DNA of 64,000 nucleotides from the IMG/VR virus record IMGVR_UViG_3300017987_005475, positions 6,406 to 70,405 of that record. One strand, 5' to 3'. This document shows, piece after piece, positions 47,289 through 55,389 of this stretch. The notes under the pieces were generated by a model. The model did not search any database and had not been told where the DNA came from. It worked only from the letters and a program-made list of their open reading frames with translations. The stretch comes from a virus (taxonomy: Duplodnaviria > Caudoviricetes). A program made the translations under genes and the position numbers. Each line of letters begins with the position of its first letter. The first letter of the stretch is position 1.

Positions 47289-47778
47289 TCATCTGCTCCA
47301 CAATGTACCGCAGAATATTCGGATGCAACTTCATCACCCGAGCGAAAACCTCATCTACCAGGATGCCGTTCACGTGGTGCAATTCCATGCGGGGATTGTC
47401 TTTCTCAAACGACCACGCCTTGAGGAGTCGCTTCAATTTCAGGCGGTTCAGCAAATCGTTATCCACCAAATGCAGTCGTTTGATGGGGTCGAAGTTGGTA
47501 GCCTGCTTGCGTAGTTCCACTTCTTCCTCATACGACCACATCCGAAAGAGAGCCCAGTGAACCTTCTCCGCTTCTTTCTCTGAGCCTACTATGGTCCAGC
47601 GTTTTTCTTGCCGCTTCAGATACACGTCAATCTTGAAATCCTCGTCATTCGTAATCTCGTACTCCCCTGGCATGTAGAGAGTACTATCCGGACCTGGTTG
47701 CGACTGCTGCGGCGCTTGTGGACCCTGGGCAGCGGGTTTTGCCTTTTCAGGGTCTCCCGGTATCACTTTCTTTGCCAT
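47263..47778 (-). CDS. Tail assembly chaperone-like paralog 1
   Basis: WALFRMWSY...LKRLLKAWSF...LHPNILRYIVEQM. Confidence 0.6.
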   Translation of the reverse strand: MAKKVIPGDPEKAKPAAQGPQAPQQSQPGPDSTLYMPGEYEITNDEDFKIDVYLKRQEKRWTIVGSEKEAEKVHWALFRMWSYEEEVELRKQATNFDPIKRLHLVDNDLLNRLKLKRLLKAWSFEKDNPRMELHHVNGILVDEVFARVMKLHPNILRYIVEQMNGILEYNG

Positions 47779-47798
47779 CTCATATTCCCGTCATCACG

Positions 47799-47866
47799 AA
47801 AAAAGGCACAAAACCAATCCCCTCGCCATAGCCAGCGAGATACAATTTGGGATTCGTTTTGTGCCT
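47799..47866 (-). terminator. Long branched hairpin followed by U6 tract (intrinsic terminator/attenuator-like)
   Basis: AGGCACAAAAC/GTTTTGTGCCT 11-bp stem, AATCCC/GGGATT 6-bp stem, inner CTCGC/GCGAG hairpin, TTTTTT on the minus strand. Confidence 0.65.
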
Positions 47867-47917
47867 ATCTTTAATGTCATATTTCATTTCATATTGTCCA
47901 GCACAACAGCCGGCGTA

Positions 47918-48838
47918 TTACAATGTTGCAGACGTCAAAGCCATGGTGTAGGGGCTATATGTCGCGGATATCGTTATCGTGTCACTCCCCGTCTTCAGTG
48001 GTTGATCATGGCTTTGCAGTTCCAAATCCTCAAAGTCGAAACCGTCTTCGTCGTCCCCAATAACCACTGATAGGGCAGACACATCGTAGGGAAGTTCATA
48101 GGGGCTGACCGAGACGTACAACTCTATTGCAATCTCGACCGTCATGGGACCTATGCCTACAATGGTCGGTTCTACCGCTTCGAGTGAAATCCCTTCGCAT
48201 GCAAAATTCTTCGCAACTTCCTGGTTAAAAGTGAGCGTCCAGGACAAAGGCTCTGCGCCGGCTTCAATTAGGCTTGCGCTTTCGATTTTACCTTTCCAGA
48301 ACGGAATCGGGTCAAGATTTTCTCCTGCCGGGTTCAGCGCCCTAAGTTGTTCCTGCAGAAGACAAGCCGTATAGTCTGAAAGCACGCCGTCTAGCAGTAT
48401 TCCTCCCCGGTTCTCTATGTAGTCGTTCCCTTGCTCGTCGCTGTCACGGTTTATGGCAACAAAATTGGCAGACCCTGAAAGGAAGCCGCCTTCTGCTGCC
48501 TCAAGCGTAATCGAGGTCCAGTAACACTCGGCAAACCTCTGGTACGAGCCCCGGCATGGATAAAAAGCCACCTCAGCCGGAGTCTTTCTGTTTACAATCC
48601 AATCCTTGATAACCCTGAAGAAATCCAGACTGGTGTCCCAAGACATACTGCCGTCGTTGGTCGGCCAATCATACGTGTGAGGCGGCATGATAGCCTCAGT
48701 GACGGGCAGCGTGGGGTCTGTGCTCCCTCTGAACGCACTGGCTGAATCAAGCCTGTTCCTTTGTTGAGGCACCCCCATTCCCGTGCAGAGAAAGGGGGTG
48801 CCGTTAAGAAGACCTATGCCTTCGTACCCCAGAGCCAT
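47918..48838 (-). CDS. Tail tube-like paralog 2
   Basis: MALGYEG, CYWTSITLEAAEGGFLSGSANFV, PIPFW, WTLTFNQ...C.G...P..VGIG. Confidence 0.6.
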   Translation of the reverse strand: MALGYEGIGLLNGTPFLCTGMGVPQQRNRLDSASAFRGSTDPTLPVTEAIMPPHTYDWPTNDGSMSWDTSLDFFRVIKDWIVNRKTPAEVAFYPCRGSYQRFAECYWTSITLEAAEGGFLSGSANFVAINRDSDEQGNDYIENRGGILLDGVLSDYTACLLQEQLRALNPAGENLDPIPFWKGKIESASLIEAGAEPLSWTLTFNQEVAKNFACEGISLEAVEPTIVGIGPMTVEIAIELYVSVSPYELPYDVSALSVVIGDDEDGFDFEDLELQSHDQPLKTGSDTITISATYSPYTMALTSATL

Positions 48839-48853
48839 GCGCAGCCTCCTGGA

Positions 48854-49984
48854 TTAGGTGGCGTTCGACATGATGGCTGGCGGGTAGATGACGCTGGAAC
48901 AATCAGTACGACCACCGAGACCCTGAATGGTGAACCCGCGATTGGTCACATCATTCTGCCCGCGCAATCCGTAATCGTCCGCCGTCACCAGAACCGCAGG
49001 CAACTCGATATAGACCGGATTGGCAGAAGCCGGGTCACGCTCAATCTCTACGCGGAAAATTGTACGCTGTGCATAGAGATACGGGTTTTCCTCTGTGCCT
49101 TCTGTGCCTGTCGGTCCCAGAATCGGGTCAAAGACACCAGAGGGCGAGAACAGCGTAACGGAACCCGAGGCGTCCATAGCACCCATCAGCACTGCCGTTG
49201 CTTCGCGGTCACCATCGCAGGTGTAGAGGAGAACCTGATTGTTGGTGATGTCCACTGACCACTCCACCGTTTCCAGGTCAGATTGGAAAACAGACCCGCT
49301 GACAAACGGCGTGTAGGTCGGGTAGTTCGGATACGTCGTGACACCGAGGTCCAACAAATTCGCGTTCGTGCGCCAAAACGGAATCGGCGAAATGTTGGCC
49401 GAGGACGGATTCAGCGGAAACGTCGTGCAGAGTTCGCTGGGCAACGTCACGCCAAGACGGTTCTCGATGTACGGACCACCGTGACCGCCTGCACCCGTGA
49501 GCAATGTCATCACGCGGTGCAACCCAAGAGCGCCACAAGAGACCGTCACGAACGAACCCTCACTCGTCGCAAACCCGAGGGAGGTGCAATACATGCCATT
49601 GTTCGTGAAAGAATTGGTATTGTGGCTTCCGATACTGTAGTCGCCATCCGTATAAAAACTGTAGACGCGGCGACCATCAGGACTAATATCGGCACTCATC
49701 GGGAAAGCCCGGTACTCGATACCCCAGTCCCTGATGAAATTCCACAGTTCATTTGTGCCTTGAAGTTCGATGTCGATGCTTCCTTCGTAACGCAGCGGCC
49801 CGTCACCATAATGCGACGTTGATGCCGCGTTGTACCAGCCAGCACCCCACACCGCTGTTGACAGGATAGGCTCAAGAGTGAGATTTACACTTGCGCCGGT
49901 TGCCAAAAGCAGGAGAGGGGTCGAGGGCGTCCCTCCAGAGGATGCGAGGTAGAATTTTGCGAACCCCATGTACCCCATGGACAT
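48854..49984 (-). CDS. Tail tube-like paralog 1 (candidate major tail protein)
   Basis: MSMGYMG, YEGSIDIE, CTSLGFATSEGSFVTVS, PIPFW, WSVDITNNQ...C.G; strong AAGGAG RBS. Confidence 0.65.
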   Translation of the reverse strand: MSMGYMGFAKFYLASSGGTPSTPLLLLATGASVNLTLEPILSTAVWGAGWYNAASTSHYGDGPLRYEGSIDIELQGTNELWNFIRDWGIEYRAFPMSADISPDGRRVYSFYTDGDYSIGSHNTNSFTNNGMYCTSLGFATSEGSFVTVSCGALGLHRVMTLLTGAGGHGGPYIENRLGVTLPSELCTTFPLNPSSANISPIPFWRTNANLLDLGVTTYPNYPTYTPFVSGSVFQSDLETVEWSVDITNNQVLLYTCDGDREATAVLMGAMDASGSVTLFSPSGVFDPILGPTGTEGTEENPYLYAQRTIFRVEIERDPASANPVYIELPAVLVTADDYGLRGQNDVTNRGFTIQGLGGRTDCSSVIYPPAIMSNAT

Positions 49985-50094
49985 TTCTTATCTCCTTTCT
50001 CTCACGTTGTTTCAACTCAAATTTGTGCAGGTGCGACCTTTTACAACAAGCGGCTCCTCGCCTTTTTGGCATCCGTCACACTACGTCCTCGTCA

Positions 50095-50862
50095 CTACGG
50101 AGCAACTTGACGTTCTTTCTTGTTTTCAATGCGCACGATGTTCCCAGAAAGGTCACCGGAAACCTTCACTATGTTCGTCACGTCCAAGAACCGGTCAGCA
50201 GACGTACCAATGTCCACCTCAGTCCCCACACCGCCCGTGATAGCCGGCGTGTCGATAGTCGTGGGAACATTGTCCTCGTCCTTCACCGACAAACGCAGAA
50301 TCAGGCTCGTGCAAGACGTGCTGCCAGTATCCACGATAGCCTTCAACTGGGTAGCCGCGAAATTGGTTCCGCTCGCGCGATTCGTGGGAGAACCATCACC
50401 ATAATCAATACCATCGGTGAAGGTGTCACCGTACTGCCAGGTCCCAAACGTGTCTTCTGTCTCGGAGAAGACGTTGTTCGCAAGCATGTAGGTGGTCTTG
50501 GCACCGTAGTAAAGTTGGTTGAAATAGTCACTTACACGCTCATCATTACTGGTCAGGAACCCATCCCAGCCGCCGGTGTAGGTGACGCGTCCGAAGTGTG
50601 CATCCATGGCAGTGACAATGCTCAGGAGTTTCGGAAGACCGGACTTGACGGTTGTTTCCAAGTCAAAACCAGTAGTGTCCGTGGTGTAGTATGTGTTGAG
50701 CAATGGGATTTCCACGTCCGGGTCGTCCGTAGCCGTCACCCTCTGCCAGTAGAAACCGCCGCCAGTCACGTTAATAACCTCGAACGGGGCTACGAGAAGG
50801 CCGTATTGGTATCCGGCTCGGTCAGCAATCCCCAACAGCGTAGCAGAGTCGATGAGACCCAT
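50095..50862 (-). CDS. Putative virion structural protein (255 aa)
   Basis: Thr/Asp/Gly-rich beta composition; AGGAGG RBS; upstream of tube genes. Confidence 0.65.
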   Translation of the reverse strand: MGLIDSATLLGIADRAGYQYGLLVAPFEVINVTGGGFYWQRVTATDDPDVEIPLLNTYYTTDTTGFDLETTVKSGLPKLLSIVTAMDAHFGRVTYTGGWDGFLTSNDERVSDYFNQLYYGAKTTYMLANNVFSETEDTFGTWQYGDTFTDGIDYGDGSPTNRASGTNFAATQLKAIVDTGSTSCTSLILRLSVKDEDNVPTTIDTPAITGGVGTEVDIGTSADRFLDVTNIVKVSGDLSGNIVRIENKKERQVAP

Positions 50863-50863
50863 G

Positions 50864-51112
50864 TTATTTCCTCCTGTTCTTCTTCAGAAAGACCTCTATC
50901 TCTTTTTTCAGATTCTCAGCCTCTGCAAGGGCATGCTCTGACTCGCTTAACCCCGCTTCCAGGACCTCAACTACCTCATCCTCGCTCAAATTCTCGCCAT
51001 TGTAGGAGTCGAGTTCTGAGGCAACACGTTTCATTCCTCCGAGGCGTCTCGCTATTGACTTGAGTTTCCACACAACCTTCAAGCGCGCAAACTCACGGCG
51101 TAAAGGGGTCAT
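50864..51112 (-). CDS. Hypothetical protein (82 aa)
   Basis: Helical; contains KLKSIARRL and RVASEL segments. Confidence 0.6.
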   Translation of the reverse strand: MTPLRREFARLKVVWKLKSIARRLGGMKRVASELDSYNGENLSEDEVVEVLEAGLSESEHALAEAENLKKEIEVFLKKNRRK

Positions 51113-51118
51113 CACTGA

Positions 51119-51370
51119 TTAGGCTCCCGTGACGAAGGCGATATCCATGATGCCCCGCCGATATTTCATTGTCTCCGCTTGAAAGGCTTTCAGATGAGCA
51201 GGCATGTCCTCTAATGCCACCAGCCCAGCGTCCTCATCCTCGTCCAGCGTAAGAGCAAAAAGCGCCTCTTTGTTCGCATCCCAAGCTTCTTCCATGTGCT
51301 TGTAGGTGTTTCGCCAACGAGCCATCAGGTTCGTTTTTGAGATTTCTTGTTGGACGCGCTCCGGATTCAT
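51119..51370 (-). CDS. Hypothetical protein (83 aa)
   Basis: GAGG RBS; downstream of the ATATTTTCTTTATAT motif. Confidence 0.65.
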   Translation of the reverse strand: MNPERVQQEISKTNLMARWRNTYKHMEEAWDANKEALFALTLDEDEDAGLVALEDMPAHLKAFQAETMKYRRGIMDIAFVTGA

Positions 51371-51411
51371 GCCATCCTCGTTGCAAAGCGTAAGCCTTCG
51401 TAGACGGCAGG

Positions 51412-51426
51412 ATATAAAGAAAATAT
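51412..51426 (-). promoter_or_regulatory. Candidate late promoter/regulatory motif ATATTTTCTTTATAT
   Basis: Identical to 11311..11325; intergenic. Confidence 0.55.
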
Positions 51427-51433
51427 GAACTAC

Positions 51434-52015
51434 TTAAGGCACCAAAATAAGTTCGCGCGGCCGTACACCAATCGCCTCTGGCTGGTTCGCGAAAAATATC
51501 CAAAAATGAGCATCCGGAAAAGGCTCGTGTATCATGGCAAACCAGGAAAACTCCGCCACCCGAATGGTCCCCTCTTTGTTGCTGTTGTAAGTCACATTTT
51601 CTACAAGGCTGTCGGTGATATAAGTTGTACAAAGACCACGGTTTGGAGACCATCTTACCTCGTTGACCACTCGCAGTTGTAGGTTAGCCGGGTCGTTGAT
51701 AACCTCCGTCAGCGCCGAAACTATGCTCGCGATATATTCAACGCCGTAATCCTCGTTGTCATTCATCACAGTCAGCGTGCACTGAAACTCATAACGCGGC
51801 ATCTGAGAACGAGTTGCAAACCAACTATTCGAGCCGGAGGTGGGCTCAATCTCCAGGCTCGGGAAAGCATCCGCCGGCAAGGTGCGCCGCATTCCCTCCA
51901 GAGCCGTCAAAGTTGCCGAGGGGTCATAGTGCCTGATGACCTGGTTGATACCCTCGATATTGGACTCCAACATGCGAAGGAGAGTCTTAATGAGATTGGA
52001 TGGGTTCGTGTACAT
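51434..52015 (-). CDS. Putative tail terminator / neck protein
   Basis: FPSLEIEP...YEFQCTLTV pattern typical of tail-completion folds; position upstream of tube genes. Confidence 0.5.
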   Translation of the reverse strand: MYTNPSNLIKTLLRMLESNIEGINQVIRHYDPSATLTALEGMRRTLPADAFPSLEIEPTSGSNSWFATRSQMPRYEFQCTLTVMNDNEDYGVEYIASIVSALTEVINDPANLQLRVVNEVRWSPNRGLCTTYITDSLVENVTYNSNKEGTIRVAEFSWFAMIHEPFPDAHFWIFFANQPEAIGVRPRELILVP

Positions 52016-52040
52016 GACGTTCTCACTCGCCGCAAAGTAT

Positions 52041-52092
52041 CCCGCATCTGAGCGCCTGGGTCATCTCGTTTTTGTTAACGCTCAGATGCGGG
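52041..52092. repeat. Perfect 14-bp inverted repeat with 24-nt loop
   Basis: CCCGCATCTGAGCG ... CGCTCAGATGCGGG, intergenic, no U-tract. Confidence 0.85.
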
Positions 52093-52105
52093 TGAAAGCA
52101 GCCAC

Positions 52106-52510
52106 TCACTTTTCTTCCGGGTGATAGCCCTTCGGCACCTTTCCCTTTGGACCTTTTTTGACGGTGCCATGTGGTCCATAGGCGCGAAGCCAACCACAAA
52201 ATGCTTCAGGGTCGCGCTTGCCTGTCGCCTTAGCCTCGGCAATACACTCGTCCCAGGTCATGTCTGCCTGACGGAAAAAGTGTTTCTTCGCCACCTTAGT
52301 CGCGTTGGCTTTGCGCATTTTTTCAGCACACGGGGGACACAGGACCTCCACCTCCTCGACCGTCAGATAATCGCGTTGTTCCAGAGCCTCTAGCAACTGA
52401 CCGGCGACTTTCTGACGCAGCCCTTCTGCGGTCTCCTGCGTGGGCGAACTCCGGCGAACCAGTTCCTTCGCCAACTTCACGAGTTTCTGCGCTACAACTT
52501 CCATCTCCAT
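52106..52510 (-). CDS. Hypothetical modular protein (tag + CPPCAEKMR + AFC modules)
   Basis: VVAQKLVKLAKELV N-terminus; GAGG RBS. Confidence 0.75.
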   Translation of the reverse strand: MEMEVVAQKLVKLAKELVRRSSPTQETAEGLRQKVAGQLLEALEQRDYLTVEEVEVLCPPCAEKMRKANATKVAKKHFFRQADMTWDECIAEAKATGKRDPEAFCGWLRAYGPHGTVKKGPKGKVPKGYHPEEK

Positions 52511-52537
52511 CGCATTCCTCCCAGTTTGTTCAGCGTC

Positions 52538-52804
52538 TCACTTGATTGCGTTATGGACGGCTTTCCAGAATTTGCTGTCCTTGTTGCTGTTGATGGCGAA
52601 CATGACCATTCCGCGACCTGCTTTGTCGGCTTTCTTGAAAAACTTTGCCACCGCAGCAGCAGAGGTTTGGTCCTCAAGGGGTTTGTCCTCGCTGAGTCCC
52701 AGAGCATCGCGGAGTTTTCCATGTTGCACGCTACTGGGCCAGCCTGCGCCAATGAGTTCTTTCGCTAGGGTCAAAAGTTCGCGTGCTACTCTTTTTCGGT
52801 TCAT
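52538..52804 (-). CDS. Hypothetical protein with RVARELLTLAKELI tag
   Basis: GAGG RBS; shared N-terminal motif. Confidence 0.75.
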   Translation of the reverse strand: MNRKRVARELLTLAKELIGAGWPSSVQHGKLRDALGLSEDKPLEDQTSAAAVAKFFKKADKAGRGMVMFAINSNKDSKFWKAVHNAIK

Positions 52805-52901
52805 TTTTTCTTCCTCGGGAAAAACGATGCAAGCATAAGCAAAAGCAGACCCACAAGTAAAACGACGAAGAAAGCCATAGTTTTTCCTTTTTCAAAAGAT
52901 G

Positions 52902-53807
52902 CTAGGCTTTCATATCTACAATCTCTCCTCTCTTGATGTATTTGTCCTCCAGATTCGGCAAGAGGTATTCATTCCGGAGCATCGACGGAGTGTGACCAAC
53001 GCGCTCGGCTACGTCTCTCAATGTCTCAAGAAAACGCTTCTTCCGTCCTTTTTCGTCAGGTTCAATTCCCCGACGCCGCAACGAAGAAATCATATAGCGG
53101 TTGGCTGCATGACCACGAACGTCTTTCGGCTTGATACCAAAGGGCTTCAGGTAACGAGACACCCTATCAGCCCTAACCTTGAACCCGTCTTCCGTCACAA
53201 ACACAAAATCGCCCGGGTTTTTGGCTCGCTTCAACAGACTGCTAACCATCTCAGCCAGTCGCGCGTCTTTGAATTCTTTCTCGTGTTTGACTCCTGATTT
53301 GCCGGTATATTCCAGGTGTATGCGCCCGTCGTCAACACGGATGTTTTTCTTCTTGAACCCCGTGACCCCTAGATGCCCCTGTGCCGCTGATTCATCGTTC
53401 CCCACTCTCTCTGCGGTTCTGTCCATGAGAGTGATAACGAGGGCAGTCAGTCGCTCTTTCTCGTCGTCGGAGTTGAGATCATCATTCAATTTCCGGCGCA
53501 ATTTACTCATGTTTGCGGCGAGGTTCTTCACCCCCACAGTTTTTTTGCGCTGTCTATTTGCCTTTTCTTGCGGTGTCATTTCCTTTTGGGCACACAGACA
53601 ACGAGCAACCCGCAGAAGTTCAGAGGCTAGACGCTTGTTGTCCACTTTGTTCGCCACGCTCCACGCAATGGGAAAGCAAGTGCCATCGTCTCCTCCGCCC
53701 GCAAAGCATTGGTTAATGGCGCTCAGCCACCCGCGCTGGGCTTTCTCGCTGTATTTGGCAAGCCCTGGGTGTTTTTTGATTGCGTCTTTCACGGTTTTGA
53801 AGGGCAT
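52902..53807 (-). CDS. DNA topoisomerase IB catalytic domain fused to a ChaB-like N-terminal domain
   Basis: ERVGN, YTGKSG, KDVR, VGHTPSMLRNEY (poxvirus-like His and catalytic Tyr); N-terminus MPFK...AQRGWLSAIN...IAWSV. Confidence 0.9.
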   Translation of the reverse strand: MPFKTVKDAIKKHPGLAKYSEKAQRGWLSAINQCFAGGGDDGTCFPIAWSVANKVDNKRLASELLRVARCLCAQKEMTPQEKANRQRKKTVGVKNLAANMSKLRRKLNDDLNSDDEKERLTALVITLMDRTAERVGNDESAAQGHLGVTGFKKKNIRVDDGRIHLEYTGKSGVKHEKEFKDARLAEMVSSLLKRAKNPGDFVFVTEDGFKVRADRVSRYLKPFGIKPKDVRGHAANRYMISSLRRRGIEPDEKGRKKRFLETLRDVAERVGHTPSMLRNEYLLPNLEDKYIKRGEIVDMKA

Positions 53808-53810
53808 TGG

Positions 53811-54203
53811 TCAACTCACATATGCGGTAACATCATAAGATTCCAGTGGGTCGGAAACTCGCCCCGCACCCGAACCGACAACCCTGCCGTAGAGTGTTGT
53901 CGGTTTGCCACGGTCGTTCTCGTACTCAATCTCAAACGTCCACACCTTGCGCACAGGGACGCCGTTCTCATGCTCATATTCTGACTTTGTGATACGCCAA
54001 TCGAGTCCCATGTTATTAAAAAGCGTCCATATGTCATTCACAGGACGCCATCCTGTGTCTTTGTGCAAGCCTTTCGTCAACGGGTCAATGAGTTTGTTGA
54101 TGATGCGCAGGGCTTTGCGTTTCGGCTCTCCTTCAATCTCAGCAGCCTTCACAGATAGCAACAAACGAGCCACGCGAATGAGTTCTTCGGCGACGTGTTT
54201 CAT
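53811..54203 (-). CDS. Hypothetical protein with HVAEELIRVARLLL tag
   Basis: Shared N-terminal motif. Confidence 0.75.
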   Translation of the reverse strand: MKHVAEELIRVARLLLSVKAAEIEGEPKRKALRIINKLIDPLTKGLHKDTGWRPVNDIWTLFNNMGLDWRITKSEYEHENGVPVRKVWTFEIEYENDRGKPTTLYGRVVGSGAGRVSDPLESYDVTAYVS

Positions 54204-54215
54204 CTCAACTTTCCT

Positions 54216-54701
54216 TTACCAGTTAGGCTCACGGTTAACACCCGGCATCATGGTCGGAGGAGCCGTTCGCAGATTGTGTTTCCACCGCTGTCCTGGAATC
54301 CTCGTCGTGTATCGCGTGTACTCGTATGCTTTCTGCTTGCTCTCGGTGATGTAATTCTGAGCGGCTTCGTTAGCGTTTGGGTCGAGTCCTTGAAACTCAG
54401 TCGTCAGAAGCGCCCCAGCAGTCCAATAGCGCGCCAGAGACCGAACACCCCCCGGGAATACTGATTCATGGACACTCCTTGCCGGTTGCCACTGATTAAA
54501 CGGTCTGAGCGGAGTGTAATAGAACTGTTCCAGGATACCGTCAATTTCACGGTCAACCATCTCCTGGTAGTAGTTGACAAGTTGCTGGGTCACTTTCGCC
54601 AACTTGCCCTCGCCGATGTTCAAAACACGACAAAGGTCGCGGATGTCCTCCCAACTTCCACTATAAAACGGCTCGCCTGTAACACTAGATATATCAGGCA
54701 T
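54216..54701 (-). CDS. Putative head-tail adaptor (gp36/DUF1320-like)
   Basis: Y...EDIRDL...IDGILEQFYYTPL...LARYWTAGAL pattern; start MPDIS overlaps upstream stop. Confidence 0.55.
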   Translation of the reverse strand: MPDISSVTGEPFYSGSWEDIRDLCRVLNIGEGKLAKVTQQLVNYYQEMVDREIDGILEQFYYTPLRPFNQWQPARSVHESVFPGGVRSLARYWTAGALLTTEFQGLDPNANEAAQNYITESKQKAYEYTRYTTRIPGQRWKHNLRTAPPTMMPGVNREPNW

Positions 54702-55389
54702 CGTTCGAATCCTCAGTCGGATAATCAAATTCCGGAAGTTGCCTGATGTGTTGTTCCAGCAACCTCAGCACGGCGGTTAGATTTCGTGCATGGTCCTCGC
54801 TGTCAACCTGTGCCTTTGTCTCAGCCTGCCGCGCGAGAAAAGCCAAAATGTTGTTCCAGGTGCCAGGCCAAACGATGAATTTGCTGAGTACCTCTTTCCC
54901 TCCGTACCAGCTCGGGATGACGACATTTGGAGCGACGTTTTCCGGAGGGTCCACATGAGTTCCAACAGTGGCTCCATTGTCAAAATACATTGTCCCGTAG
55001 GAATCACTTAACTCGCCAACGTCATACGCCACAAACTGTAACTCGCAACCCAAGGCGTTGCAGATAGAACCCGGACTCTCGATAATTGCGGCTCTGCGTT
55101 CCGCCTTCCGCGTCGTCTCTGCTATCCATGCGCCTAGTGGCTTGCTCATGCCGTTATTCTCCCATATCCCGTCATACGTCGTCCCGGTTTGCTTACAGAT
55201 GTCACGTATCCAGTTCTCTACGAAGGCAACCTGTCCCTCGCTGCCGGCGTCCCCGAACGTCCTCGCTTCCTGTCCACCATCCCACTCATACTGCACAGAA
55301 ATACGCCCTTTTTTGACATAGAGAACCAACCTCGAATCATCAGACAACTCATTCACCGCGAGAATTGTCGGTTTTCTTCGGTTTGCCAT
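54694..55389 (-). CDS. Hypothetical protein
   Basis: TGATG coupling to the carboxypeptidase gene. Confidence 0.7.
   Translation of the reverse strand: MANRRKPTILAVNELSDDSRLVLYVKKGRISVQYEWDGGQEARTFGDAGSEGQVAFVENWIRDICKQTGTTYDGIWENNGMSKPLGAWIAETTRKAERRAAIIESPGSICNALGCELQFVAYDVGELSDSYGTMYFDNGATVGTHVDPPENVAPNVVIPSWYGGKEVLSKFIVWPGTWNNILAFLARQAETKAQVDSEDHARNLTAVLRLLEQHIRQLPEFDYPTEDSNDA

Noticed and set aside
38432-51063. Long plus-strand ORFs (e.g. 38432..39517, 49891..51063; also 25206..26210, 57858..58886)
   Set aside because: They lie antisense to well-supported genes and have no motifs; consistent with shadow ORFs in GC-rich coding DNA.
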